From: an uncultured Gemmatimonadales bacterium
GTDB taxonomy: Bacteria; Gemmatimonadota; Gemmatimonadetes; Gemmatimonadales; JACORV01
Reading direction: 5' to 3'
Assembly (NCBI GenBank): GCA_963806755.1
Contig: CAWDZR010000034.1
Location: 31,223 to 95,222 of the forward strand
DNA length: 64,000 nt
Part shown: in pieces, positions 1 to 8,487 of the stretch
How the letters are laid out: each line of letters opens with the position of its first letter
Numbering within the stretch: the first letter of the stretch is position 1
Notes under the pieces: model-generated
The model's input: only the letters and a program-made list of their open reading frames with translations
Databases searched by the model: none
What the model was told of the DNA's origin: nothing
Translations under genes and position numbers: made by a program

Positions 1-2229
1 AATACCGTGGCGGTCGCGAACCAGGTGAAGGTGCTCCTCGCCCAGCTCGAGACGCAGCTCCCGCCCTCGGTCAAGGTGCACACGCTCTACGACCGCTCGA
101 TCTCGATCGACCAGTCGGTGAACGACGTGAAGGGCACGCTGCTGCTGACGCTGTGCCTCGTGGTCCTGGTGATCTTCCTCTTCCTGCGGAACGTGTCGGC
201 GACCATCATCCCCAGCCTCGCGCTGCCGATGTCCATCGTCGGCACGTTCGCGGTCATGTACCTGCTGGGCTACAGCCTCGACAACCTGTCGCTGATGGCG
301 CTCACCCTCTCGGTGGGCTTCGTCGTGGACGACGCGATCGTGATGCTGGAGAACATCGTCCGCCACGTGGAGATGGGGAAACCCGTGATGCAGGCCGCGT
401 TCGACGGGTCGGCGGAGATCGGCTTCACCATCCTCTCCATGACCATGTCGTTGGTGGCGGTGTTCATCCCGGTGCTGTTCATGGGCGGGATCATCGGCCG
501 GCTGTTCCACGAGTTCGCCGTCACGATCGGCGCCGCGATCCTGGTGTCGGGGTTCGTCTCGCTCACGCTGACGCCGATGATGTGCAGCCGGTTCCTCCGA
601 CCCGCGAAGGAGGAGCACCACGGGCGGCTGTTCCAGTGGTCGGAGCGGCTCTGGGAGCGGACGCTCCACGCCTACGACGTCAGCCTCGAGTGGGTGATGC
701 GGCGCCGGCGACAGACCATGCTGTTCTCGGGCGTCGTGCTCGCCGCCACGGTCGTGCTGTTCATGAAGGTCCCCAAGGGCTTCATTCCCTCCGAGGACCA
801 GGGCCAGATCTCGGGCACGACGGAAGCGGCGGTGGGAACGGGCTACACGGAGATGGTCCGCCACCAGATCGCCCTGATGGCGATCGTCGAACAGGACCCC
901 AACGTCCTCGATTTCATGTCGTTCGTGGGCGGGGGCAACCAGGGGCGGCTGTTCATCCATCTCAAGGACCGCTCCAAGCGCAAGCTCGACGCGGATGCGG
1001 TCATCCGCGAGCTCGGGCCCAAGCTGGCGCAGGTCCCGGGCATCCGCGTGTATCTCCAGAACCCGCCGCCGATCAGCGTGGGGGGCCGCGTGTCCAAGGC
1101 CCTCTACCAGTTCACGCTGCAGGGCTCGGACATCGACGCGCTGTACCAGTACGCGGGCATCCTGCAGACCAGGCTGTCCCAGTCTCCGCTGCTGCAGAAC
1201 GTCACCAGCGACCTGCAGATCAACAACCCGCAGGTCGAAGTGGACATCGACCGCGACCGGGCGGCGGCGCTGGGCGTGAACGCGGCGCAGATCGAGGGCG
1301 CGCTGTCCGACGCCTACGGCCAGGGGCAGGTATCGACCATCCTGACGCCCAACAACCAGTATTGGGTGATCATGGAGCTCATGCCCCAGTACCAGAAGGA
1401 CATGACGGCGCTCAACATGCTCTACATCCGGAACGACAAGGGCACGCTGGTGCCACTGGGCTCCGTGGCGACGATGCGACCCACGCTGGGGCCTCTGTCG
1501 GTGAACCACTCCGGCCAGCTGCCGTCGGTCACCATCTCCTTCGACGCGCGGACCGGGATCGCCCTGGGCCAGGCGGTGACGGAGGTGCAGCGGATCGCGG
1601 GCCAGACCCTGCCGTCCTCGATCTCGACCCAGTTCTCCGGCACGGCCCAGGCGTTCCAGTCGAGCCAGTCAGGTCTCGTCTTCCTCCTGGCGCTGGCGAT
1701 CGCCGTGATCTACCTGGTGCTGGGCGTGCTGTACGAGAGCTTCGTGCACCCCCTGACGATCCTCTCGGGGCTCCCCTTCGCCGGCTTCGGTGCCCTCGTG
1801 ACGCTGCTGATCTTTCACGTGGACCTTTCGGTGTACGCGTTCGTGGGCATCATCATGCTGGTGGGGCTGGTCAAGAAGAACGCCATCATGATGATCGACT
1901 TCGCGCTCGACGCCGAGCGCACCGAGGGCAAGAGCCCGCACGAGGCCATCGTGCAGGCGTGCCTGATCCGGTTCCGGCCGATCATGATGACGACGGCGGC
2001 GGCGCTCATGGCGACGCTGCCCATCGCGCTCGGCCTCGGGGCCGGCGCCGAGTCACGGCGGCCGCTGGGACTGGCCGTGGTGGGCGGGCTCGCCTTCTCG
2101 CAGGGCCTTACGCTCTACGTGACGCCGGTGGTCTACACCTACATGGACGCGTTCCAGGTGTGGCTGCGGCGGGTGTTCGGGAAGGTCGCGGGCGGTGCGG
2201 CGGCGGCGGAGCCGGTGGCGGCGGACTGA
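1..2229 (+). CDS. RND (HAE1/AcrB-MdtB-like) efflux permease, C-terminal ~740 aa; 5' end lies outside the window
   Basis: ORF 7..2229 remains open in frame to base 1. Translation shows RND hallmarks (GFVVDDAIVMLENI, VKKNAIMMIDFAL), large periplasmic loops and multiple TM helices. Confidence 0.9.
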   Translation, partial: NTVAVANQVKVLLAQLETQLPPSVKVHTLYDRSISIDQSVNDVKGTLLLTLCLVVLVIFLFLRNVSATIIPSLALPMSIVGTFAVMYLLGYSLDNLSLMALTLSVGFVVDDAIVMLENIVRHVEMGKPVMQAAFDGSAEIGFTILSMTMSLVAVFIPVLFMGGIIGRLFHEFAVTIGAAILVSGFVSLTLTPMMCSRFLRPAKEEHHGRLFQWSERLWERTLHAYDVSLEWVMRRRRQTMLFSGVVLAATVVLFMKVPKGFIPSEDQGQISGTTEAAVGTGYTEMVRHQIALMAIVEQDPNVLDFMSFVGGGNQGRLFIHLKDRSKRKLDADAVIRELGPKLAQVPGIRVYLQNPPPISVGGRVSKALYQFTLQGSDIDALYQYAGILQTRLSQSPLLQNVTSDLQINNPQVEVDIDRDRAAALGVNAAQIEGALSDAYGQGQVSTILTPNNQYWVIMELMPQYQKDMTALNMLYIRNDKGTLVPLGSVATMRPTLGPLSVNHSGQLPSVTISFDARTGIALGQAVTEVQRIAGQTLPSSISTQFSGTAQAFQSSQSGLVFLLALAIAVIYLVLGVLYESFVHPLTILSGLPFAGFGALVTLLIFHVDLSVYAFVGIIMLVGLVKKNAIMMIDFALDAERTEGKSPHEAIVQACLIRFRPIMMTTAAALMATLPIALGLGAGAESRRPLGLAVVGGLAFSQGLTLYVTPVVYTYMDAFQVWLRRVFGKVAGGAAAAEPVAAD

Positions 2230-2233
2230 CGAC

Positions 2234-2292
2234 GGTTGGTGGGTGGTGGGTGGTAGTCCCCACCACCACCCACTACCTACCACCTACCACCG
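2234..2292. repeat. G-rich (GGTGGGT-type) arm followed by a complementary C-rich arm; imperfect hairpin between convergent genes, possibly a bidirectional terminator
   Basis: Sequence is ggttggtgggtggtgggtggtag-tcc-ccaccaccacccactacctaccacctaccacc. It lies between the stop of the RND gene (2229) and the stop of the minus-strand gene (2297). Confidence 0.5.
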
Positions 2293-2296
2293 CCTT

Positions 2297-2776
2297 TCAG
2301 CTTCTGCTCAGCCTCGGCCCCTCCGCCTCCTTCGGCGGCATCAGGTGGATGACCTGGAGGCGGCAGTTGTTGAGGCGCTGGTAGATGACCTGCGCCAGGC
2401 GCTCCATGAAGATGAAGCCGAAGCGCGGGTGCGTCTCGAGGTAGCCGAGCAGCGCGTCCGCGTCGATCGCCACCACCTCGGTCTTCTCCGACGCCTTGGC
2501 CCGCATCGCCCGCGTGCGGGGCGGGATCAGCGAGCCGAAGCCGAACAGGTCCCCGGGCTCGCCGGTGAGGAACCACACCTCCGTGCCCGGCGACACCTCG
2601 AAGCCCTGCCGTATCCGCCCCTTGAGGATGATGTAGGCGTGGTGGCCCTCCTCGTCCCGGTCGAAGAGCATCTGGCCGGCCTCGATGGTCTCCCGGCGCG
2701 CGAACGTCGCGATGTCGGCGAGCGCCTGGTCGTCGATGCCGAGGAAGAGATCGCAGCGCTTCAGGTCGTCGATCAT
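2297..2776 (-). CDS. cyclic-nucleotide-binding (CAP effector-type) domain protein with no DNA-binding domain
   Basis: Internal ATG at 2776 (MIDDLKRCDLFLG...) is preceded by aAGGAat, 13 nt after the hydrogenase large-subunit stop. The cNMP-binding beta-roll pattern is present (GEPGDLFGFGSLI..RTRAMRA). Confidence 0.8.
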   Translation of the reverse strand: MIDDLKRCDLFLGIDDQALADIATFARRETIEAGQMLFDRDEEGHHAYIILKGRIRQGFEVSPGTEVWFLTGEPGDLFGFGSLIPPRTRAMRAKASEKTEVVAIDADALLGYLETHPRFGFIFMERLAQVIYQRLNNCRLQVIHLMPPKEAEGPRLSRS

Positions 2777-2789
2777 CGCGGCATTCCTT

Positions 2790-4064
2790 TCAGTGCACCG
2801 AGCACGACACGCACGGATCGTAGGCCCGCACCAGCATCTCGAGCCCGTGCGCGACTTCCGCGTCGGACTTGTGCACCAGGGCCGGAACGAAGGCGCGCAT
2901 GTCGGCCTCGATCGCGGCCAGGTTCTGGCTGGTGGGGATGACGCAGTTGGCCGTGACGATCCGCCCGTCGGCGCCGATGGTGTAGTCGTGCACCAGCGTG
3001 CCCCGGGGCACCTCGACCATGCCCACGCCCCGCCCACCACCGGGGCGGGTGGCGCCGGCCGGCGGCTCCGGGGCGGGATCCTCGAGCAGCAGTCCCACCA
3101 GGTGCACGGCCTCCTGGTGCGCCTGCACCGACTCCACCACCTGGGCCGGCACGAAGTGGAAGGGGTTGGCGGAGTCGGGCCGGAGGCCCAGCCGCGCCGC
3201 GGCCGCCTTCGCCCGCGGGTGCAGGCGCTCGTGGGCGAGCGCGTACCGCGCCAGCGCGCCCACCCGGATCGTCCCGTCGGCGCCCGCCACGTGCTTCGCC
3301 GCCGAGTGGTCCACCAGGTACTCGCGCAGCGCCGAGCGGTACGCCTCGGGCGCCGTCACCCGTCCCGAGGTCGAGTGCAGCGGCCCGCCCATCATCGGGT
3401 ACGCGCCGCTCTCCTCCAGCGCCGCGAGGTGCTCGGCCCGCCGCTCCACCGCGGGCCACGTGATGCCGGCGAACAGCTCCACCAGCGCGTCCAGGTCCGC
3501 GCGCGCCGCGTCGAGCCGCTCCGCCAGGGCCTCGAGCGCGGCGCGATCGGGCCAGTGCCCCATCCACCCGGCATGGTAGGAGATCGGCATCACGTGCCGG
3601 CCGCTCACCGCGATGCAGATGTCGTTGGCGAGGCGCTTGAGGCGCAGGGCGCGCTTCACCACGTCGGGATGGCTCGCCACCAGCGGCACGATCGAGGGCG
3701 CCCCGAAGGCGTCCGGCGCCACCAGGAAGCACACGTGGAGGACGTGCGACTGCAGCCACTCCCCCGCCATGTTGAGCCGCCGCAGCAGCTGGAGCTTGGG
3801 GCCGGGCGTGATGCCGAGCGCCGCTTCCACCGCGTGCACCGAGGCGGTCGCGTGGCCCACCGAGCAGATGCCGCAGATGCGGCAGGAGATCCGCGGCGCC
3901 TCGTCGTACGGGCGCCCCTGGAGGAGGGCCTCGAAGAACCGCGGCGACTCGACGATCTCGAGGTCGCAGCGCACGATCCGCTCCCCTTCGAGATCCACGA
4001 CGATGTTGCCGTGGCCCTCGATCCGGGTCAGGTGCCGGACGACGACGGCACGGCCTTCTCCCAT
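2790..4064 (-). CDS. hyhL: [NiFe] hydrogenase large (alpha) subunit, group 3b / sulfhydrogenase-like
   Basis: N-terminal RIEGHG and RICGICSVGH (RxCGxCxxxH) motifs, and C-terminal DPCVSCSVH followed directly by the stop codon. Gene order beta-gamma-delta-alpha. Confidence 0.9.
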   Translation of the reverse strand: MGEGRAVVVRHLTRIEGHGNIVVDLEGERIVRCDLEIVESPRFFEALLQGRPYDEAPRISCRICGICSVGHATASVHAVEAALGITPGPKLQLLRRLNMAGEWLQSHVLHVCFLVAPDAFGAPSIVPLVASHPDVVKRALRLKRLANDICIAVSGRHVMPISYHAGWMGHWPDRAALEALAERLDAARADLDALVELFAGITWPAVERRAEHLAALEESGAYPMMGGPLHSTSGRVTAPEAYRSALREYLVDHSAAKHVAGADGTIRVGALARYALAHERLHPRAKAAAARLGLRPDSANPFHFVPAQVVESVQAHQEAVHLVGLLLEDPAPEPPAGATRPGGGRGVGMVEVPRGTLVHDYTIGADGRIVTANCVIPTSQNLAAIEADMRAFVPALVHKSDAEVAHGLEMLVRAYDPCVSCSVH

Positions 4065-4864
4065 GCCTCACGCACCTCGCGATAATTGTTGAAGAGCTGG
4101 AGCTTCTCGGCGGCCAGGCTGCGCGTCATCCCGTGACGGAAGAACGCCTCGCCCAGCGCCTCGAAGTTGGGCGCGTCGTGGAAACCGCGGCACGCCTCGC
4201 ACGGTGCTCCGTAGGCGGGGCACGGCGCGTCGCACCCGGCGCGCGCGACCCCGCCCAGGCAGGGGACGCCGCGCTCGAGCAGGCACGGGGTACCGCGCAG
4301 CGTGCACTCGACGCACACCGCGTGCGGCGGCGTGAAGGGCACGGTCCCCGCCAGCAGCGAGCGCACGGCCGCGAGGAACTCCGCCCGGTCGATCGGGCAG
4401 CCGCGGATCTCGTAGTTCACCTTCACCACGGCCGAGAGCGGGCTGGCCTCGGGCAGCGCGGCGAACACCCCGTCCTGACGGCCGTCGTACACGGCGCCCG
4501 CCATGTCGGCCAGGGGACGCCGGTTGCGGATCGCATTGACGCCGCCGAGACAGGCGCAGGCGCCGATCGCCACCAGGATGCCGGCGTGGGCGCGGATCTT
4601 CTGTACCTCGGCGATGTCCTCCGGCTTGATGAGCGACCCCTCGACGAACGCGATCTCGTAGTCGTCGCGCCGGTCGTCCACCGCCTCCCGGAAGTTCACG
4701 ATCTCCACCGCGCCCAGCAGCTCCGGCAGCACGTCCTCGACCGACAGCACCTGGAGCTGGCAGCCCTCGCACGAGCCGAACGAGAAGAAGCCGACCCGGG
4801 GGACCACCGTGGTCCGCGGGGCCACCGTGGCCCGCGGGGCGACCGTCGCCCGCGGCGCCGTCAC
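4028..4864 (-). CDS. hyhS: [NiFe] hydrogenase small (delta) subunit, group 3b-like
   Basis: VGFFSFGSCEGCQLQVL motif plus further Cys clusters. GTG at 4864 overlaps the upstream stop (GTGA). An alternative GTG at 4807 would give a canonical short N-terminus (MVPRVGFF...). Confidence 0.85.
   Translation of the reverse strand: MTAPRATVAPRATVAPRTTVVPRVGFFSFGSCEGCQLQVLSVEDVLPELLGAVEIVNFREAVDDRRDDYEIAFVEGSLIKPEDIAEVQKIRAHAGILVAIGACACLGGVNAIRNRRPLADMAGAVYDGRQDGVFAALPEASPLSAVVKVNYEIRGCPIDRAEFLAAVRSLLAGTVPFTPPHAVCVECTLRGTPCLLERGVPCLGGVARAGCDAPCPAYGAPCEACRGFHDAPNFEALGEAFFRHGMTRSLAAEKLQLFNNYREVREAWEKAVPSSSGT
4804..4857. repeat. Three tandem 18-bp units at the hyhG/hyhS junction
   Basis: Units are ccaccgtggtccgcgggg, ccaccgtggcccgcgggg and cgaccgtcgcccgcggcg. 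If translated they encode (APRATV)n. Confidence 0.8.
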
Positions 4865-5688
4865 ACGACCTCCCTCAGGTGCCGCACCTCACGCCAGCTC
4901 ACCAGCGGCCCTTCGGCGCACAGGTAGTGGCCGTCCACCTGGCAGTTGCCGCACAGCCCCAGGCCGCACTTCATCCGCCGCTCCAGGGTGAGCCACAGGT
5001 TGTGCTCGTACAGTCCCATCGCCAATAGGCGGCGCAGGCAGTGGCGGTACATCACCGGCGGCCCGCACAGGAAGGCCACGGTCTTGGCGCTGTCCACCGG
5101 CAGGCCGTCCAGGAGCGAGGTGATCGCGCCGATGCGGCCGGTCCAGTCGGCGCGGGCCGCGTCCACGGTGAGGTGCACGTGCACGTCGTCCTGGCGTGCG
5201 CCCCACGTCCCGAGGTCGTCCTTGAAGAGCAGCTCGTCGGGGCTGCGCGCGCCGACCAGCAGGTCGATGCGGCCGAACCGCTCCCGCCGCAGCAGGGCCC
5301 GCCGCACGAACGAGCGCAGCGGCGCGAGGCCCAGGCCGCCGGCCATCAGCAGCAGGTTCGCCTGCTCGAACGGCTCCCACTCCACCCGCCGCCCGTAGGG
5401 GCCGCGCACGTAGAGCACGTCCCCCGCCTCCAGCTGGGTGATCAGGTTGGTGAGGCGGCCGACGCGGCGGATCAGCATCTCGAAGGTGCCGGGACCGGTC
5501 TCCTCCCCCGGCAGCGCGGCGAGCGAGAACGGCGCCTCGCCGATCCCCGGCAGCGAGACCATCACGAACTGCCCCGGCTCCGGCGCGAAGCCGCGCGGCA
5601 CCTCGACGACGAAGTGCACGTCCCGCGCGTTCTGCGGCGACGCCGCGACGATGCGGCACGGCTCGGGGATCATGGAGACCTGGGGCAT
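4861..5688 (-). CDS. hyhG: hydrogenase gamma subunit; FAD/NAD(P)-binding oxidoreductase with a C-terminal [2Fe-2S] motif
   Basis: Start MPQVSMIPEP at 5688 overlaps the upstream stop (ATGA) and follows GGGGAGGGG. Ferredoxin-reductase-like fold motifs are present, with C-terminal CGLGLCGNCQ. Confidence 0.85.
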   Translation of the reverse strand: MPQVSMIPEPCRIVAASPQNARDVHFVVEVPRGFAPEPGQFVMVSLPGIGEAPFSLAALPGEETGPGTFEMLIRRVGRLTNLITQLEAGDVLYVRGPYGRRVEWEPFEQANLLLMAGGLGLAPLRSFVRRALLRRERFGRIDLLVGARSPDELLFKDDLGTWGARQDDVHVHLTVDAARADWTGRIGAITSLLDGLPVDSAKTVAFLCGPPVMYRHCLRRLLAMGLYEHNLWLTLERRMKCGLGLCGNCQVDGHYLCAEGPLVSWREVRHLREVV

Positions 5689-6731
5689 CAGATCGCCCCT
5701 CCCCGCCCGACCTGGAGGAAGATGTCCCGGATCGAGATGTGCGTCGGGCAGTGCGTGGCGCAGCGTCCGCACCCGGTGCAGCCCACCACCCCGTACCGCT
5801 CGGGCATGTACTTGCCCTTACGGAAGATCCGGTAACGGAGCTGCTGCGCGCGCGTGGGCCGGAAGTCGTGCCCGCCGGCGATCCTCGAGAACCCCGGCAC
5901 CTGGCATCCGGTCCACGCGCGCGACCGCGCGCCGCACGACCCGTCCAGCGACGCGTCGTCGGCCACGTCGAAGCAGGTGCAGGTCGGGCACACCAGGTTG
6001 CAGCGCCCGCACGAGAGACAGCGGTCGGCGGTGGCCTCCCAGAGGATGTCCGCTTCGGCGGCCTTGAGCGAGGTGGCCAGCCGCTCCGGGGGGAACTGCA
6101 GCCGCGGCGGGAACGCGTCGGGCCGCGCGCGCATCCGCTTGCGCAGCGCGACCAGCTCGTCGGGCGTCGCCACCTCGACCGAGACGTCCTTCATCACCTC
6201 GCGCCCGCGGGCCGACTGCACCTTGAACAGCAGCACCGCCCCGAGGTCGTAGCAGTACAGCGACGCCGGGCTCTCGTTGTCGAGGCTGCCCATGTCGCGG
6301 CAGAACGACTCCGGCAGGCACGGCGCCCAACAGGCGAGCCCGACGACGAGCGAGCGGTCGAGCCGGCCCGGCACCAGGCGGTCGCGGCAACTCGACTCGT
6401 GAAAGGCGTGCAGCACCCGGAGCGAGGTGAGATCGCAGCCGTGCACGCCCACCAGCGCCACGGGCTTCTGGGCCGCCGGCTCCTCGAAGGCGAACCGCCC
6501 GTCGTCGCCGCGCCGAAAGCGGAACAGCGTTTCGTGCATCGGGGCGAAGAACTGCCGCGGCGGGAGCATCGTGGTCGGATAGTCGAGGGCGAGCGGCATG
6601 CCGGGTCGAACGTCCGTCCATATGCAGCTGGAACCGTTCCTGACCGGGCCCACCACCCGGTATTCGCGCGCGAGCCGCTCGAGCAGCAGATCCAGCCGTT
6701 CCCGCGGCAGCCGGTAGATCTCGTTGTCCAT
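5688..6731 (-). CDS. hyhB: hydrogenase beta subunit; 4Fe-4S dicluster protein
   Basis: CLSCGRCNLVCPTCTC and CTGCGRCATHCP motifs. N-terminus MDNEIYRLPRERLDLLLERL resembles sulfhydrogenase beta starts; an upstream ATG at 6776 is also possible. Confidence 0.85.
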   Translation of the reverse strand: MDNEIYRLPRERLDLLLERLAREYRVVGPVRNGSSCIWTDVRPGMPLALDYPTTMLPPRQFFAPMHETLFRFRRGDDGRFAFEEPAAQKPVALVGVHGCDLTSLRVLHAFHESSCRDRLVPGRLDRSLVVGLACWAPCLPESFCRDMGSLDNESPASLYCYDLGAVLLFKVQSARGREVMKDVSVEVATPDELVALRKRMRARPDAFPPRLQFPPERLATSLKAAEADILWEATADRCLSCGRCNLVCPTCTCFDVADDASLDGSCGARSRAWTGCQVPGFSRIAGGHDFRPTRAQQLRYRIFRKGKYMPERYGVVGCTGCGRCATHCPTHISIRDIFLQVGRGGAI

Positions 6732-6919
6732 CACCGTGAGGCACGCGCAATCGCCGTGCCCCCGCGGCGGGGACACGGTCAGTCAGCCTCCGCCCGTAGC
6801 ATTGCGGACCCTGGATTGGCGAGTGGGCGCTTCGCCATTGCGCGCGCGGCCCGATTCTAGGCGGACGCGGCGGATCGCGCGCCGGGGGGGGGTGACCAAC
6901 CTCTGAGGGAACCGCTGCT

Positions 6920-6973
6920 GGGTGTGGGGTGTAGGGTGCAGCCACGAAACCCTACGCCCTACACCCTACACCC
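6920..6973. repeat. Heptamer-repeat hairpin, (GGGTGTR)n arm plus (CCCTACR)n arm, just downstream of the DUF1761 gene
   Basis: Sequence is gggtgtggggtgtagggtg-cagccacgaaa-ccctacgccctacaccctacaccc. It can form a ~17-bp stem with two G-U wobbles. The C-rich arm has four C3 tracts with 4-nt loops. Confidence 0.6.
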
Positions 6974-6979
6974 TCGTCT

Positions 6980-7384
6980 TCACCGCCACACCGCCGCGAC
7001 GATCCCCATGACGGCCAGCGATACCAGCCACGAACCCGTGGTGACGTACAGGGCCGCGACCTTGCGGCCGGGACTCATCACGTGCTCGATCAGCGACGCG
7101 GGCACGGCGAAGCCGACCCACGCGGCCACACCGAGTTTGAGGCCCTGCAGCCAGGTGCCGAGGTGCAGGTACCCCGAGATGACCGCGATGACCCACGCCG
7201 CAAGCAACAGCGCGACGGCCACGACGGTCATCGCGCTGGCCGAAGGCTTCGCGCTTTCGGCCGGCACCGGGCCGCGCGCCGCCGCCCAGGTCTTGCCGAA
7301 CAGCGGGCCGTTCCAGACCGCTCCCAGCACGAACGCGGCCACGGCCGCGACGATCACCGCCAGGTAGTTGACGGAGACGCTCAC
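6980..7384 (-). CDS. DUF1761-family small membrane protein
   Basis: N-terminus VSVSVNYLAVIVAAVAAFVLGAVWNGPLFG. GTG at 7384 is preceded by AAGGAG with a 5-nt spacer; the track ORF extends to 7414. Confidence 0.75.
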   Translation of the reverse strand: MSVSVNYLAVIVAAVAAFVLGAVWNGPLFGKTWAAARGPVPAESAKPSASAMTVVAVALLLAAWVIAVISGYLHLGTWLQGLKLGVAAWVGFAVPASLIEHVMSPGRKVAALYVTTGSWLVSLAVMGIVAAVWR

Positions 7385-7462
7385 AGGGGCTCCTTGTGGA
7401 AGGTGACGCGACAAGCTGGCGGCGAATATGGGAGGCCGAGAGGGGGCGTCAAGAAGAAGGCC

Positions 7463-7526
7463 GGGGGTAGGGGGTAGGGTGTTGACACCGGGTAGCTCTA
7501 CACCCTACACCCCATACCCTACACCC
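7463..7526. repeat. Heptamer-repeat hairpin, (GGGGGTA)n arm plus (CCCTACA)n arm, between the DUF1761 start and the dienelactone hydrolase stop
   Basis: Sequence is gggggtagggggtagggtgt-tgacaccgggtagct-ctacaccctacaccccataccctacaccc. Confidence 0.6.
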
Positions 7527-7531
7527 TGCTT

Positions 7532-8353
7532 CTAGTGCAGCACCCCCCTCAGGAACGCCACCGTCTTCGGCCACGCGGCCTGCGCGGCCTTCAGGTTGGC
7601 GCCCTCCCGCCCCGCCTGGTCGCGCAGGAAGCCGTGTCCGGCACCGGCGTACACCTCCGCGGTGTAATGCTTGCCGAGCCTGGCCATGCTCTGCCGCGTC
7701 GGCTCGACGGTGCTGGTGACGCGCGCATCGTCGCCCCCGTAGAAGCCCGCGACGGGCGCCCGGATCCGCGCCATGGCGGCGTCGTCCGGAGGCGTGCCGT
7801 AGTACACCACGGCGCCGGCGAGCCCGGGCCAGGTGGTCGCGAAGGCGAAGCTCTGCGTGCCGCCCCAGCAGAAGCCCACGCTGGCCGCGGACGCGCGCGC
7901 GGCGGGCAGCGCCATCGCGTACGCCGCGGCAGCCCGCAGGCGGCGCTGCACCTCGTCGGGCTTCAGGCCCTGGATCAGGGCGATGGCGCCCTGGCGGTCC
8001 ACCGACGCGCTGCCGCCTCCGCCCCGCCCCTTGCCGCTGAGCAGGTCGGGCGCGATGGCGATGAAGCCGTCGGCCGCGAGCTGGTCGGTCACCGACCGGA
8101 TCCAGTCGGTGAGCCCGAAGATCTCGTGGATCACCACCACCACCGGGGCCTTGTCGCTCCGCTCCGGGTAGACGATCCACGCCTTGACGGAGTCGCCGCC
8201 GCCGGCGTCGAACGTCACCCACTCGCCGTGGCGCGGCGACGCGTCGAGGCGCGCCACCGCGCTGTCCTCGCCCGGCGGGAGCCCCTGCGCCGCGGCGGCG
8301 GGCGCGGCCCCGGCGAGCACCGTGAGCAGTTTCGCGATCCAGCGGTTGCCCAT
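7532..8353 (-). CDS. dienelactone hydrolase family protein, secreted
   Basis: Start MGNRWIAKLL at 8353 follows AGGAGG. VVVIHEIFGL and the nucleophile motif GFCWGG are present, plus a signal peptide. Confidence 0.85.
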   Translation of the reverse strand: MGNRWIAKLLTVLAGAAPAAAAQGLPPGEDSAVARLDASPRHGEWVTFDAGGGDSVKAWIVYPERSDKAPVVVVIHEIFGLTDWIRSVTDQLAADGFIAIAPDLLSGKGRGGGGSASVDRQGAIALIQGLKPDEVQRRLRAAAAYAMALPAARASAASVGFCWGGTQSFAFATTWPGLAGAVVYYGTPPDDAAMARIRAPVAGFYGGDDARVTSTVEPTRQSMARLGKHYTAEVYAGAGHGFLRDQAGREGANLKAAQAAWPKTVAFLRGVLH

Positions 8354-8487
8354 GTGCGGCCTCCTGGAATGTCGGGGAAGGACTGGAGTCTGGCGGCGAG
8401 CCCGGCGCCGCGCCACCCCGCCGCCGGATCGCGGGGCGCGCCCGCCCCTCTGGTGAGACCGCGGGTCCGAGGGTAGCGTATTCGCCC

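Noticed and set aside
153-2384. 743-aa plus-strand ORF overlapping the RND gene in another frame
   Set aside because: The translation is Arg/Pro/Gly/Asp low-complexity with no motifs. The frame starting at base 1 gives a textbook RND permease. This is a typical high-GC shadow ORF.
2685-4085. 466-aa plus-strand and 432-aa minus-strand ORFs (2773..4071) across the hydrogenase large-subunit locus
   Set aside because: Both are Arg/Gly/Pro-rich shadow frames. Only 2790..4064 (minus) carries the RIEGH, RxCGxCxxxH and DPCxxCxxH motifs.
5739-6945. 373-aa plus-strand and 375-aa minus-strand ORFs (5818..6945) over hyhB
   Set aside because: These are low-complexity shadow frames. The 5688..6731 frame has the two 4Fe-4S motifs.
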